A stretch of 64,000 bases of DNA from an uncultured delta proteobacterium (GTDB lineage Bacteria; Myxococcota_A; Polyangia; Polyangiales; Polyangiaceae). The position numbers and the translations under genes are program-made. How positions within the stretch are numbered: the stretch's first letter is position 1; each line of letters begins with the position of its first letter. The stretch spans positions 4,736,001-4,800,000 of the forward strand of contig CAWAIF010000003.1 of NCBI GenBank assembly GCA_963782055.1, in the 5' to 3' direction. The notes under the pieces are model-generated. The model was not told where the DNA came from. It did not search any database and saw only the letters and a list, made by a program, of their open reading frames with translations. Shown here piece after piece: positions 31,758 to 40,600 of this stretch.

Positions 31758-33233
31758 ATGGCGAAGCTCACCCAGGCGGCGAAGGTCGGCGCGTTCGTGC
31801 TTCTTGCCGCCGGCGCCGCCTACGCGATCTACCGCACGATCGGCCACGAGTATGGCGCCGGGGGTGGGTACGTCGTGCACGCCTACCTACCCGACGCCAC
31901 CGGCCTCGCCAACCACTCGCGGGTGACCGTCGCCGGCATCCCGGTCGGCACCATCCAGTCCATCCGCCTGGAGAACGGGCGCGCCCGCGTGGACGTGCGC
32001 GTGGACGACGGCGTGCCCCTCTACCAGAACGCCACGCTCGGCAAGAAGTCCTCCTCGCTGCTGGGCGAGTACACCGTCGTCCTGACCGAGGGCGCGAAGC
32101 CGCCCAAGCTGACGGACGGCGACGAGATCCAGGTGGTGCCGGAGGAGGCATCCATCGACGACATCAAGAAGAACATCAACGACGTCGCCGTGCTGGTGAA
32201 GCAGGTCGCCGGGCAGCTCGCCAAGTCCATCGGCACCGAGCAGGGCGGCCAGAACATCCGCCTCATCCTGCAGAACATGGCGGACGCCACCGACGCCCTC
32301 AACAAGACCATCCGCGAGAACCGCGAGACCATCAAGGAGACGCTGGAGCGCCTGGACCGCATCACCGCGCAGAACGAGGCGCCGCTCGCCAAGATCACCG
32401 ACAACGTGCGCGCCATCACCGAGGACGTGCGCAACCTGACGGCCGCCATCCAGGGGCGCGGCACCGGCACCGGCGCCGACGTCAAGGAGACCATCAGCCA
32501 CCTGGACGAGTCGTCCAAGAGCCTGCAGAGCGCGCTCTCGCACATCGACCACGTCGCCGACCGCCTGGACAAGGGCGAAGGCACGCTGGGCCGCCTCTCC
32601 AAGGACGACACCCTCATCAACGAGGTGCAGAGCGCGGCCGAGGGCATCAACAGCATCGTCGAGCCGATCGCGCGGCTGCAGACCATCGTCAGCCTCCGCA
32701 GCGACTACAACTTCCTGTCCAACACGTTGAAGAGCTACTTCGAGCTGCGCCTCCAGCCGCGGGAGGACAAGTACTACATGATCCAGCTCATCAACGACCC
32801 GCGCGGCCTCACCTCCTTCGCGCAGACGGACGTCGACACCACCAACCCCAACGAGCCGGCGCACTACCGCACGCTGACGACGACCACCACCGACAGCTTC
32901 CGCTTCTCCCTGGAGCTCGCGCGGCAGCTCGGGCCGGTGCGCGGCCGGTTCGGCATCATCGAGTCGACGGGCGGCGTGGGCGTGGACCTGGTCCTGTTCA
33001 ACGGCCGCTTCGAGCTGGTCAACGACCTCTTCGGCTTCGGCGAGCAGGCGGTGCCGCGCTTCCGCTCCTTCCTCAGCTACGAGTTCATCAACCGGCTCTG
33101 GCTGCTGGGCGGCGTCGACAACGTCTTCCTGGACACGCGCCGTGACTACTTCGTCGGCCTGAACCTGCGCTTCAACGACGAGGACCTGAAGGCCGTCCTG
33201 CCCTTCGCGGGCGGCGCCGCGACCCCCAAGTGA
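31758..33233 (+). CDS. Long MCE/MlaD family protein
   Basis: N-terminal TM, MCE domain (DATGLANHSRVTVAGIPVG...SSLLGEY), long helical stalk, beta-strand-rich C-terminus. Confidence 0.88.
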   Translation: MAKLTQAAKVGAFVLLAAGAAYAIYRTIGHEYGAGGGYVVHAYLPDATGLANHSRVTVAGIPVGTIQSIRLENGRARVDVRVDDGVPLYQNATLGKKSSSLLGEYTVVLTEGAKPPKLTDGDEIQVVPEEASIDDIKKNINDVAVLVKQVAGQLAKSIGTEQGGQNIRLILQNMADATDALNKTIRENRETIKETLERLDRITAQNEAPLAKITDNVRAITEDVRNLTAAIQGRGTGTGADVKETISHLDESSKSLQSALSHIDHVADRLDKGEGTLGRLSKDDTLINEVQSAAEGINSIVEPIARLQTIVSLRSDYNFLSNTLKSYFELRLQPREDKYYMIQLINDPRGLTSFAQTDVDTTNPNEPAHYRTLTTTTTDSFRFSLELARQLGPVRGRFGIIESTGGVGVDLVLFNGRFELVNDLFGFGEQAVPRFRSFLSYEFINRLWLLGGVDNVFLDTRRDYFVGLNLRFNDEDLKAVLPFAGGAATPK

Positions 33234-33259
33234 CCTCTCTCTCCCTCCGCGGTCTCTCT

Positions 33260-33293
33260 CCCTCTCCCGCGTAGGGAGCGGGCCGGGGGTGAG
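33260..33293. repeat. REP-like palindromic element, copy 2
   Basis: CCCTCTCCC-GCGTA-GGGAGCGGG-CCGGGGGTGAG between convergent genes. Confidence 0.55.
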
Positions 33294-35261
33294 CTAGCGG
33301 ATCTCGAGCAGGTGGGCGGCGAGGAGCATGTCCAGCGCCCGGAGGACGGAGCCGGCGGTGGTCTGGCCGCCGCGCGTCGCCTCGCTGAGCAGCTCGCTCA
33401 GGCGCTTGGGTCTGCGCGAGAGCGCCTCCACCGCGGCGACCTGGGGCGGCCACCGCACCTGCAGCAGGCCCGGACGGTCCCGGCGGCCGGGGCCCACCAC
33501 CGCGTGAAGGCGCGTGCGGTAGCGCTCCAGCGCGCTCTCGCCGGGGACGGCCGCCTCCATCCCGGCGAGCATGAGGGTGGGCAGGTCCAGGTCCAGCGGG
33601 AACTCGACGTGGAGCGCGGTCTGGTTGCGGTAGAAGCTCGCCTGCCCCTGCGTCCACATGAACAGGTCCGCCACGCGATCGCGGCCCTGCTCGCGGATCG
33701 CCTGGAAGACGTCGACCGGGCTCACCAGGCCGAGGGAGATGAGGGTGTCGCCCATCCGGCCGTTGTGACGGGGGAGCACCGCGAGCGCCATGTCCAGCTC
33801 GTGGCGGGAGAGCTTGCCGCGCCGGACGAGATACTCGCCGAGCAGCTCGCTCGCGTTGGAGGAGGCGACGTGGTGAAGCCGCCCGCGCACGAAGTAGAGC
33901 TCCTTGCGCGCGTTGCGATCCCCGCGCTCGGCGAAGAGCACGCCGGTGTCGTCCTTCTCCAGGACGCAGAGCAGGACCTCCAGCATGGAGAAGTGGGAGA
34001 GGTCGTAGGTGGCGTCGGGCTTGCCCGGGCCCTCCAGCTTGCTCGTCGCCGGCGTCTGCGCGGGGAGGAAGCGCGCCAGATCCTCCACGTCGGCGACGGA
34101 CGCGTAACCGCGCCCGATGTAGTCGACCTGATCGGCGCGGCCCACCTCGCCGGTGGCCAGCGCCTCCACCAGCCGCGCGAACGTCCACGGGCCGTGCTTG
34201 GTGCCTGCCGTGGTGATGACGAAGGAGGGCAGGGTCGTGTACTCGCCGGTGGGCCGCTCCTCCTGCTCCACCGCCACCGGCGCCGCGGCGCGCATGCGGC
34301 TGCTGCTGTCGCGCACGGCGGCCATGGTGGAGCCGGAGCGCGAGCGCATCGCCTCCCGGACGAGCACCCCGAGCTCGGCGCGGGCGCCCGCGGGGTCGCC
34401 GGCGAAGGGGGCCAGCGCCTCGGCGAAAGCGCGGGCGCGCTCGAAGCGGTCGTCGGGGTTCTTGGAGAGGCCCTTGACCAGGGCCTGGTAGAGGCCGGGC
34501 GGGAGCTCGCCGGCGCGCGCGTGCAGCGCGTCGATGCGGCAGTCGCGGATGGCGAGGAGCACCGCGAGCTGACCGACGCCGGGGAAGAGCTGCTCGCCCA
34601 GCAACAGCTCGGCGAGGACGGTGGCCATGCTAAAGAGATCGGCGCGGTGATCGAACTCCTCGCCCGCGACCTGCTCCGGCGCCAGATAGGCGAACTTGCC
34701 CTTGAGCATCGCGCTGGCGGCGCGCTGCGCGGTGAGGCGCTCGTTGGCGCGCGCGATGCCGAAGTCGCCCAGCTTCACGTCCCCGTTCTTGGACAGGTAG
34801 ACGTTGGAGGGGGTCACGTCCCGGTGGACGATGTGGAGCGGGGTGCCCGCGGCGTCGGTCGCAGAGTGCACGTAGTCCAGCGCGAGGAGCACCTCCCGCG
34901 CGATGTGCACGGCGACGGGCACGGGGAGGCTCCGCCCGTCCTGCCGGGTGCGGCGGATCAGCCGGTAGCCGTCGACGCCCTCGACCCACTCCATCGCCAG
35001 GTAGGGCTCGCCGTCGTCGGTCTCGCCGGCGGCGAACACCTTCACGACGTTGTCGTGGCGGACGGAGGCGTGGAGCGCCGCCTCGCGGGCGAACATGGTG
35101 CGGCCCTCCTCGTCGCCCAGGAAGTCGGGCAGGAGGCGCTTCACCACGAGCTGCGGCGGCTCGCCGCGCGGGTCGGCGTGCCGCGCGAGGTAGACCTCCG
35201 CCGTTCCCCCGACGGCGAGGCGAGTCTCCAGGACGTAGGGGCCGAAGGTCACCTCTCGCAT
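33294..35261 (-). CDS. Ser/Thr protein kinase with GYF_2-like and DUF4388/PATAN-like C-terminal domains
   Basis: HRDVTPSN, DFG, KGKFAYLAPEQ; HGPWTFARLVEALATG; KELYFVRGRLHHVASSNASELLGEYLV. Confidence 0.9.
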   Translation of the reverse strand: MREVTFGPYVLETRLAVGGTAEVYLARHADPRGEPPQLVVKRLLPDFLGDEEGRTMFAREAALHASVRHDNVVKVFAAGETDDGEPYLAMEWVEGVDGYRLIRRTRQDGRSLPVPVAVHIAREVLLALDYVHSATDAAGTPLHIVHRDVTPSNVYLSKNGDVKLGDFGIARANERLTAQRAASAMLKGKFAYLAPEQVAGEEFDHRADLFSMATVLAELLLGEQLFPGVGQLAVLLAIRDCRIDALHARAGELPPGLYQALVKGLSKNPDDRFERARAFAEALAPFAGDPAGARAELGVLVREAMRSRSGSTMAAVRDSSSRMRAAAPVAVEQEERPTGEYTTLPSFVITTAGTKHGPWTFARLVEALATGEVGRADQVDYIGRGYASVADVEDLARFLPAQTPATSKLEGPGKPDATYDLSHFSMLEVLLCVLEKDDTGVLFAERGDRNARKELYFVRGRLHHVASSNASELLGEYLVRRGKLSRHELDMALAVLPRHNGRMGDTLISLGLVSPVDVFQAIREQGRDRVADLFMWTQGQASFYRNQTALHVEFPLDLDLPTLMLAGMEAAVPGESALERYRTRLHAVVGPGRRDRPGLLQVRWPPQVAAVEALSRRPKRLSELLSEATRGGQTTAGSVLRALDMLLAAHLLEIR

Positions 35262-35331
35262 GGCACGCCGTATCTTCGCCGCCGCGGGGCGCTTTCTCCT
35301 TCCCTGTCCATTGAGTATCTATACGACGACC

Positions 35332-36993
35332 ATGATCGAGCATCGGCGGGCGCGCTGCAAATGGCAACCGAGATTGACGGCTCGAGCGTCGGCGCTCGCG
35401 CTCTTCTGCACCATCGCCGGGGCCGCGGCCTCGGCCTGCGAGGGCTGCCACCCCCAGAGAGGGGCCCAGCCGGACGCGGCGGACGCGCCGACGGTGCGGC
35501 TTTACCTCGTCTCCGACCCGGCCGGCGCGCTCGAGCCGTGCGGGTGCGTCAAGGACCAGCTCGGGGGCCTGAACCACGTGGCGGCGTGGATGAAGGGGGA
35601 GCGAAAGCGCGCGCCCGACAGCCTCTTCGTCTCCGCCGGGCCGCTCTTCTTCATCGACCCGGTCATCGAGCCGCCGAAGAAGGCGCAGGAGCTCGCCAAG
35701 GCCGAGACGCTCGCCGCCTCCCTGAAGGACCTGGGCCTCGTGTCCTTCTCCCCCGGGCGCAACGACTGGGCGCTCGGGCAGGACACCTTCGCCCGGCTGG
35801 CGGGGGAGAGCGGCGCCGCCGCGCTCGCGGCGAACGCCACCCCCGCGAGCGGCGTCTTCCACGCCTCGGTGCTGCGCGAGGTGCACGGCGTGAAGGTGGG
35901 CATCGTCGGGGTGGCCCAGCCGGACAAGGCGACCGAGGGGATGCCCACCGACGGCTTCACCTTCGCGGCGCCGGAGGAGGCGGCCAAGGCAGAGGCGGCG
36001 AAGCTGAAGGCGCAGGGCGCGCAGGTGCTGGTGGCGCTCGCCGCCGTGGGCCGCGGGGAGGCCAAGCGCATCGCCGACGCCGTGCCGGACTTCACCGTCG
36101 TGGTGGTCGGGTCGACGGGCGGCGGCGGGGAGGAGAACACGCCCACCCCCTCCCCCGAGCTGGACGGCAAGGTGATCGTCGCCCAGACGGGCAACCACCT
36201 GCAGACCGTCGGCGTGCTGGACCTCTTCGTGCGCGACGGCTCCTTCGACTTCCACGACGCCACCGGCCTCGGCCGCGGCCAGAAGCGCGATGACCTCACG
36301 CGACGCATCGACGAGCTGCGCGGCAAGATCGCCGACTGGGAGAAGTCGGGGAAGGTGGACCCGAAGGACCTCGCCGCCCGAAAGGCGGACCTGGCCCGGC
36401 TGGAGTCGCAGAAGAAGGCGCTGGACGAGGCGCCGGCGCCCAAGGCGGGGAGCTTCTTCCGCTACACCAGCACCGAGGTGCGCGACTCGCTGGGGAGCGA
36501 CGACGCCATCCAGAAGCAGCTACTTGCATACTACAAGAAGGTGGACGACATGAACCGCGTCGCCTTCGCCGGGTTGAAGCCGCCGCCCGCGCCGCCCGGC
36601 GGCGACTCCTACGCCGGCGTGGAGGCGTGCAGCACGTGCCACGCGGCGCCGCGGGCGGTGTGGGACAAGACCGCGCACGCCCACGCGTACGTGACGCTGT
36701 CGTCGCAGTTCAAGGAGTTCAACCTGGACTGCGTGAGCTGCCACGTCACCGGCTACGACCGCCCCGGCGGGAGCACGGTGACGCACGTGGAGAAGCTGAA
36801 GGACGTGCAGTGCGAGGTGTGCCACGGGCCCTCGTCGCGGCACGCGGAGAACCCGAAGATCCCGCCGGAGGTGCCGAAGCCGACAGCGCAGATCTGCACC
36901 ACTTGCCACCACCCGCCGCACGTCCACACCTTCGACGCGCAGGCGAAGCTGCAGGAGATCCTCGGCCCCGGGCACGGCAAGCCGCTGCACTGA
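35332..36993 (+). CDS. UshA/5'-nucleotidase-like domain fused to a multiheme cytochrome c (c554-like)
   Basis: GALEPCGC...QLGGL motif; CSTCH, CVSCH, CEVCH, CTTCH at the C-terminus, plus CEGCH at the end of the signal peptide. Start uncertain. Confidence 0.82.
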   Translation: MIEHRRARCKWQPRLTARASALALFCTIAGAAASACEGCHPQRGAQPDAADAPTVRLYLVSDPAGALEPCGCVKDQLGGLNHVAAWMKGERKRAPDSLFVSAGPLFFIDPVIEPPKKAQELAKAETLAASLKDLGLVSFSPGRNDWALGQDTFARLAGESGAAALAANATPASGVFHASVLREVHGVKVGIVGVAQPDKATEGMPTDGFTFAAPEEAAKAEAAKLKAQGAQVLVALAAVGRGEAKRIADAVPDFTVVVVGSTGGGGEENTPTPSPELDGKVIVAQTGNHLQTVGVLDLFVRDGSFDFHDATGLGRGQKRDDLTRRIDELRGKIADWEKSGKVDPKDLAARKADLARLESQKKALDEAPAPKAGSFFRYTSTEVRDSLGSDDAIQKQLLAYYKKVDDMNRVAFAGLKPPPAPPGGDSYAGVEACSTCHAAPRAVWDKTAHAHAYVTLSSQFKEFNLDCVSCHVTGYDRPGGSTVTHVEKLKDVQCEVCHGPSSRHAENPKIPPEVPKPTAQICTTCHHPPHVHTFDAQAKLQEILGPGHGKPLH

Positions 36994-36999
36994 GAGGCG

Positions 37000-38193
37000 C
37001 TACAGGCCCGCGACGTGGTTCTTGAAGGTCGTGCCGTAGGGCGTCGTCGCGGTCCCGGAGTAGTTCTGGATGAGGTCGAGGCAGTCGCCCCAGGTGTCCC
37101 ACGTCCAGGCGAGGTAGCTCTGCTTCTTGCCGTCGAGCCAGTTCATCAGCGTCGTGATGAAGCCGCCCCCGCAGTCCTGCTCGCCGATCTCGGTCGCGAC
37201 GACGGGGTACTTCTTGGCCACCGCGCCGGCGGTGGCGTCGTAGCAGCTGGTGTCGCTGCAGAGGTTGAAGTCGTAGACGTGCCACGCCGCGGCGAGGTTG
37301 TTCGCCGGGTCGGCGGGCACGTGCGTCAGCCACTGCGAGAGCGCGTTGGAGTACTCCACGCCGCCGAGCAGGACGAGGTTGTTCGCGCCCGCCGCGCGGA
37401 CGGCGGAGACGAGGGTGCTCATCCCCGCCACGGTGTAGTTGATGCCGCTGCAGGAGCCGCCCTTCTCCCAGCACGTCCAGGCGGCGTTGGTGTCCTGGTT
37501 GTTGTCCGGGTACGGCTCGTTGTGCATCTCCAGCACCACATCGGGCCGGCTGGCGAAGGCGGCGGCCACCTGCGACCAGAAGGTGACCGAGTGATCCATG
37601 TCGGGCATCGGCCGCTGCCCGGTCGCGGGCGTCGAGCCGGGCGCCGTCCAGTGCAGCTCGAGGATGGGGTACATGCCGTGCGCCAGGATGCGATCGGCGA
37701 AGTCGGAGAGGGCCTTCTGGTAGTTGGCGCCCGCGTACTGCGACGGCACGCCGTTGATGCCGAGCCAGCAGTCCTCGTTCATGGGGACGCGCACCGCGTT
37801 GACGTTCTTCCAGCTCGCGATGGCGGCGAGGGAGGCGTCGTCGGATGGGCCGTCGAAGATGCCGAAGCCCTGGATGCACGCGTACTCGGTGCCGGAGCGG
37901 TTCACGCCGTGGAGCTGCACGGTGTTGCCCTTGCCGTCGACGAGCAGGTTGCCGACGGCGTGGAGGTAGTGCACCCCGGCGTCGCCCGACGGCGAGGCGT
38001 CGGCGTCGCCCGACGGCGAGGCGTCGCCCGTCGCGTCGGCGCCGACCGCGGCGTCCAGCGCAGGCGAGGCGCCCGCGTCGCCCGTGGCGGAGGGGTCGGC
38101 GGCGTCGGGCTCGCTCGAGCTGGAGGTCGTCGAAGGCCCGCACGCGAAGGCGGCGGACGCCATGAGGGCGATGGCCCATCGGAGTTGCTGCAT
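37000..38193 (-). CDS. Glycoside hydrolase family 5 (cellulase-like) lipoprotein
   Basis: Lipobox AFAC; LHGVNRSGTEYAC, VRVPMNE, NEP acid/base motif, ATEIG nucleophile, YLAWTW. Confidence 0.9.
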   Translation of the reverse strand: MQQLRWAIALMASAAFACGPSTTSSSSEPDAADPSATGDAGASPALDAAVGADATGDASPSGDADASPSGDAGVHYLHAVGNLLVDGKGNTVQLHGVNRSGTEYACIQGFGIFDGPSDDASLAAIASWKNVNAVRVPMNEDCWLGINGVPSQYAGANYQKALSDFADRILAHGMYPILELHWTAPGSTPATGQRPMPDMDHSVTFWSQVAAAFASRPDVVLEMHNEPYPDNNQDTNAAWTCWEKGGSCSGINYTVAGMSTLVSAVRAAGANNLVLLGGVEYSNALSQWLTHVPADPANNLAAAWHVYDFNLCSDTSCYDATAGAVAKKYPVVATEIGEQDCGGGFITTLMNWLDGKKQSYLAWTWDTWGDCLDLIQNYSGTATTPYGTTFKNHVAGL

Positions 38194-38337
38194 GCCGATG
38201 CTCTAGCAACCGGACTCGCGACTCGGCTCGTGGCTCATGCGCGATTGCTCGCATCATGTGCGGCACGAGCGTGCGGCGCCGCTCGGGCCGAGCTCTCCCA
38301 AAATTGTCCGTGGCTCAGGCGTGCGCATCGGCCTAGA

Positions 38338-38856
38338 ATGGACGCCATGTCCGGCTCGGCTTCCGACAAATCCGGCGACGCGACCGCCAGCCGCGCGCTG
38401 CTCACCGCCGCGCTCGGCGGCCTCCTGTGCGTCGGGATGCCGGCCTGCAGCGCCACCGACCCGGGCTCCGACACCGTCGCCCCCGGCGGCCGACCGGACG
38501 CCGCGCTGGCGTCCCCTGCCGTGCAACCGGACGCGGGCGTCGGCCTGGACGCCTCCGTCGACCTGGACGCCTCCGCCGCCGATGCCGCCGCCGGGGACGC
38601 GGCGCCCGCGTGCGAGGGTGGCCCGGGCGATGCCGCCCCGATCATCACCTCCTCGACCATCGTCCCCGACCTGACGCTGGAGGACTTCACCGCCGAGTGC
38701 GACAAGCGCGGCGGCACCGTGGAGATCCACCCGCACTGCGGCGGGGAGAACACCTGTCGCGGGATGTCCTACGACACCGGGACGCAGACCCTCACCGAGC
38801 ACACCTGCCGCGGGATGAACGTCTGCGCGGGCTTCAGCTGCGTCATCTGCGACTGA
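38338..38856 (+). CDS. Cys-rich exported (lipo)protein, candidate MNIO/bufferin-type RiPP precursor
   Basis: Leader RALLTAALGGLLCVGMPAC; DAG-rich linker; C-terminus HPHCGGENTCRG...EHTCRGMNVCAGFSCVICD; abuts DUF2063/DUF692. C-terminal part of ORF 37015..38856; alternative ATG at 38347. Confidence 0.72.
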   Translation: MDAMSGSASDKSGDATASRALLTAALGGLLCVGMPACSATDPGSDTVAPGGRPDAALASPAVQPDAGVGLDASVDLDASAADAAAGDAAPACEGGPGDAAPIITSSTIVPDLTLEDFTAECDKRGGTVEIHPHCGGENTCRGMSYDTGTQTLTEHTCRGMNVCAGFSCVICD

Positions 38857-38859
38857 GCC

Positions 38860-39732
38860 TCAGCCGGCCCCGGCCCAGAAGCCCAGCGTCACGCTGCGGG
38901 CGAGCCACGCCTGCGTCTTGACCGGCAGCTCGCCGCGCTCCTCGGCGGGGCACGCCGCCTCCAGCCGGGCGAGGGCGTCGCGCACCGTGTGGCGACCGAG
39001 CAGGTCGAGGAGCTCCGCCTCGCGCGCCTCCAGCGGGAGGTGGCCCAGCCCCTCCGGCCGGCGGACAATCGCCCACCACCGCGCCTCGGGCAGCCGCGCG
39101 GGGAGCGCGACCGGAGCCTCCGTCGCGTCGTCGCGCGCCTGCTTGCGAAGCTCGAGCAGCGGCCAGCTCTCCTTCACCAGCGCCGCTGCCGGAGAGGGAA
39201 CCAGCCGCGCGTCGAGCAGCCGCGGGGCGTCGCTCGCCGAGGGACGGTACGGCAGGATCTCCGGCGCGCCGAGCACGCGCATGAATGCGGCGTCGATGCG
39301 CGCTGCCTCCACGAGCGCCTCCCGAGCGACCAGGCGGTCGCCGGCGGCGACGTGCTCGCCCGGCGTCTCCTCGTCGAGGAAGGTCTCGAAGCCGTCCGCC
39401 GCGCGGCCGACGTCCCACCCGTGCGGGGGGTGAGCGAGCAGGAAGCGCGAAGCGTGATCGTTGAAGGTCCAGTGACCGAGCAGCCGCGTGGTGAGCGGGA
39501 AGGCGGTCTGCAGCACGCCGAAGAGGCGAAACCAGTACTGCCGGTTGTAGACGGCGAGCCGCTCCGCGCCGCTCGTCTTCGGGCCGCCCCGCGCCTGCTC
39601 CACGAGGGCGGCGTCGTAGGCGGCGGGCGTCGCCCTGAGCGTGCCGCTCGCGCGGTCGAGCGGCGTGCGGATGGTCGCGCCGAAGCGCGCCTGCAGGTCG
39701 GCGAGCCAGGCCGGGGCGTCCCGCGAGCTCAC
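38860..39732 (-). CDS. DUF2063 (HvfC/BufC-like) MNIO partner protein
   Basis: LADLQARF, ERLAVYNRQYWFRL...FPLTTRLLG...FLLAHPP. GTGA overlap with the DUF692 stop. Confidence 0.85.
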   Translation of the reverse strand: MSSRDAPAWLADLQARFGATIRTPLDRASGTLRATPAAYDAALVEQARGGPKTSGAERLAVYNRQYWFRLFGVLQTAFPLTTRLLGHWTFNDHASRFLLAHPPHGWDVGRAADGFETFLDEETPGEHVAAGDRLVAREALVEAARIDAAFMRVLGAPEILPYRPSASDAPRLLDARLVPSPAAALVKESWPLLELRKQARDDATEAPVALPARLPEARWWAIVRRPEGLGHLPLEAREAELLDLLGRHTVRDALARLEAACPAEERGELPVKTQAWLARSVTLGFWAGAG

Positions 39733-40565
39733 GCGCGCGCCTCCCGCGCCCGCTCCAGCTCCGCCAGCACCTCCGGCATGGGCGGGATGCGGGCGTCCCA
39801 CTCGAGCAGCGTCGGGAAGGGCCCGCCCATCCGCCACGCGCGCGCGTAGAGCGACCACACCGCGTCGGCCACCGGGTGGTCGTGCGTGTCGACGATGGTG
39901 CCGTCCGGCTCGCGCGCGAACCCCGCCAGGTGGACCTCGAGGACGCGGGAGAAGTCGATCGCCGCGAGGTACGCGTCCGGGTCGAAGCCGTGGTTCTGGC
40001 TGGAGACGTAGACGTTGTTGACGTCGAACAGGAACCAGCAGCCCGACTCGCGCACCACGCGCGTGTAGAAGTCCCACTCGGTGAGCGTGGACCCGGCGAA
40101 GGTCACGTAGCTGGAGAGGTTCTCGATCCCGAAGGGGCGCCCCAGCCGCCGCTGCACGGCGTACGCGCGCTCCGCCGCCCACTCGACGAGCTCGGGTCGG
40201 TAGGGCGTGGGCAGCAGGTCGTGGTGGGAGACGCCGTGCGCGCCGGTCCAGCAGAGGTGATCGGTGACGAAGGGCGCGTCCACCTCGTCGGCGAGCCGGC
40301 AGAGGGCGTCGAGGTAGGCCTCGTCCAGCGGCGCGTGGCCGAGCAGGTTGAGGCCCACGCCGTGGAGCACCACGGGGTAGCGCGCGCGCACGCGGGCGAG
40401 CTTGTGCCGCGGGGGGAGCGCGGCGTCGAGGAAGTTCTCGCTGATGATCTCGAAGTACCCGACCTCCGGCTCGTGCTCGAAGAGGTACGGGTAGTGCGAC
40501 GGCCGCAGCCCCAGCCCGAGGGCCTCGCCGGCGAGGCCGCGGGCCGCCCGGACACGCTCGCTCAC
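39729..40565 (-). CDS. DUF692 multinuclear non-heme iron oxidative enzyme (MNIO, MbnB/TglH-like)
   Basis: GLGLR, FEIISENF, LHGVGLNL, DHLCW, HDLLP, IENLSSY, DVNNVYV, HLAG, DTH, LLEWD. Start 40565 or 40583. Confidence 0.93.
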   Translation of the reverse strand: MSERVRAARGLAGEALGLGLRPSHYPYLFEHEPEVGYFEIISENFLDAALPPRHKLARVRARYPVVLHGVGLNLLGHAPLDEAYLDALCRLADEVDAPFVTDHLCWTGAHGVSHHDLLPTPYRPELVEWAAERAYAVQRRLGRPFGIENLSSYVTFAGSTLTEWDFYTRVVRESGCWFLFDVNNVYVSSQNHGFDPDAYLAAIDFSRVLEVHLAGFAREPDGTIVDTHDHPVADAVWSLYARAWRMGGPFPTLLEWDARIPPMPEVLAELERAREARA

Positions 40566-40600
40566 GTCGCGCGAGGTGGACACGACGAGGAGGGTAGCAC

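Noticed and set aside
35530..35560. Selenocysteine recoding in the UshA-like gene
   Set aside because: The motif is TGC-GGG-TGC (Cys-Gly-Cys), with no in-frame TGA.
37979..38026. 24-bp tandem duplication
   Set aside because: Encodes a DASPSGDA linker repeat in the GH5 lipoprotein; ordinary linker expansion.
37015..38337. N-terminal 441 aa of ORF 37015..38856
   Set aside because: Antisense to the GH5 gene. Only the part from ATG 38338 or 38347 looks like a real gene.
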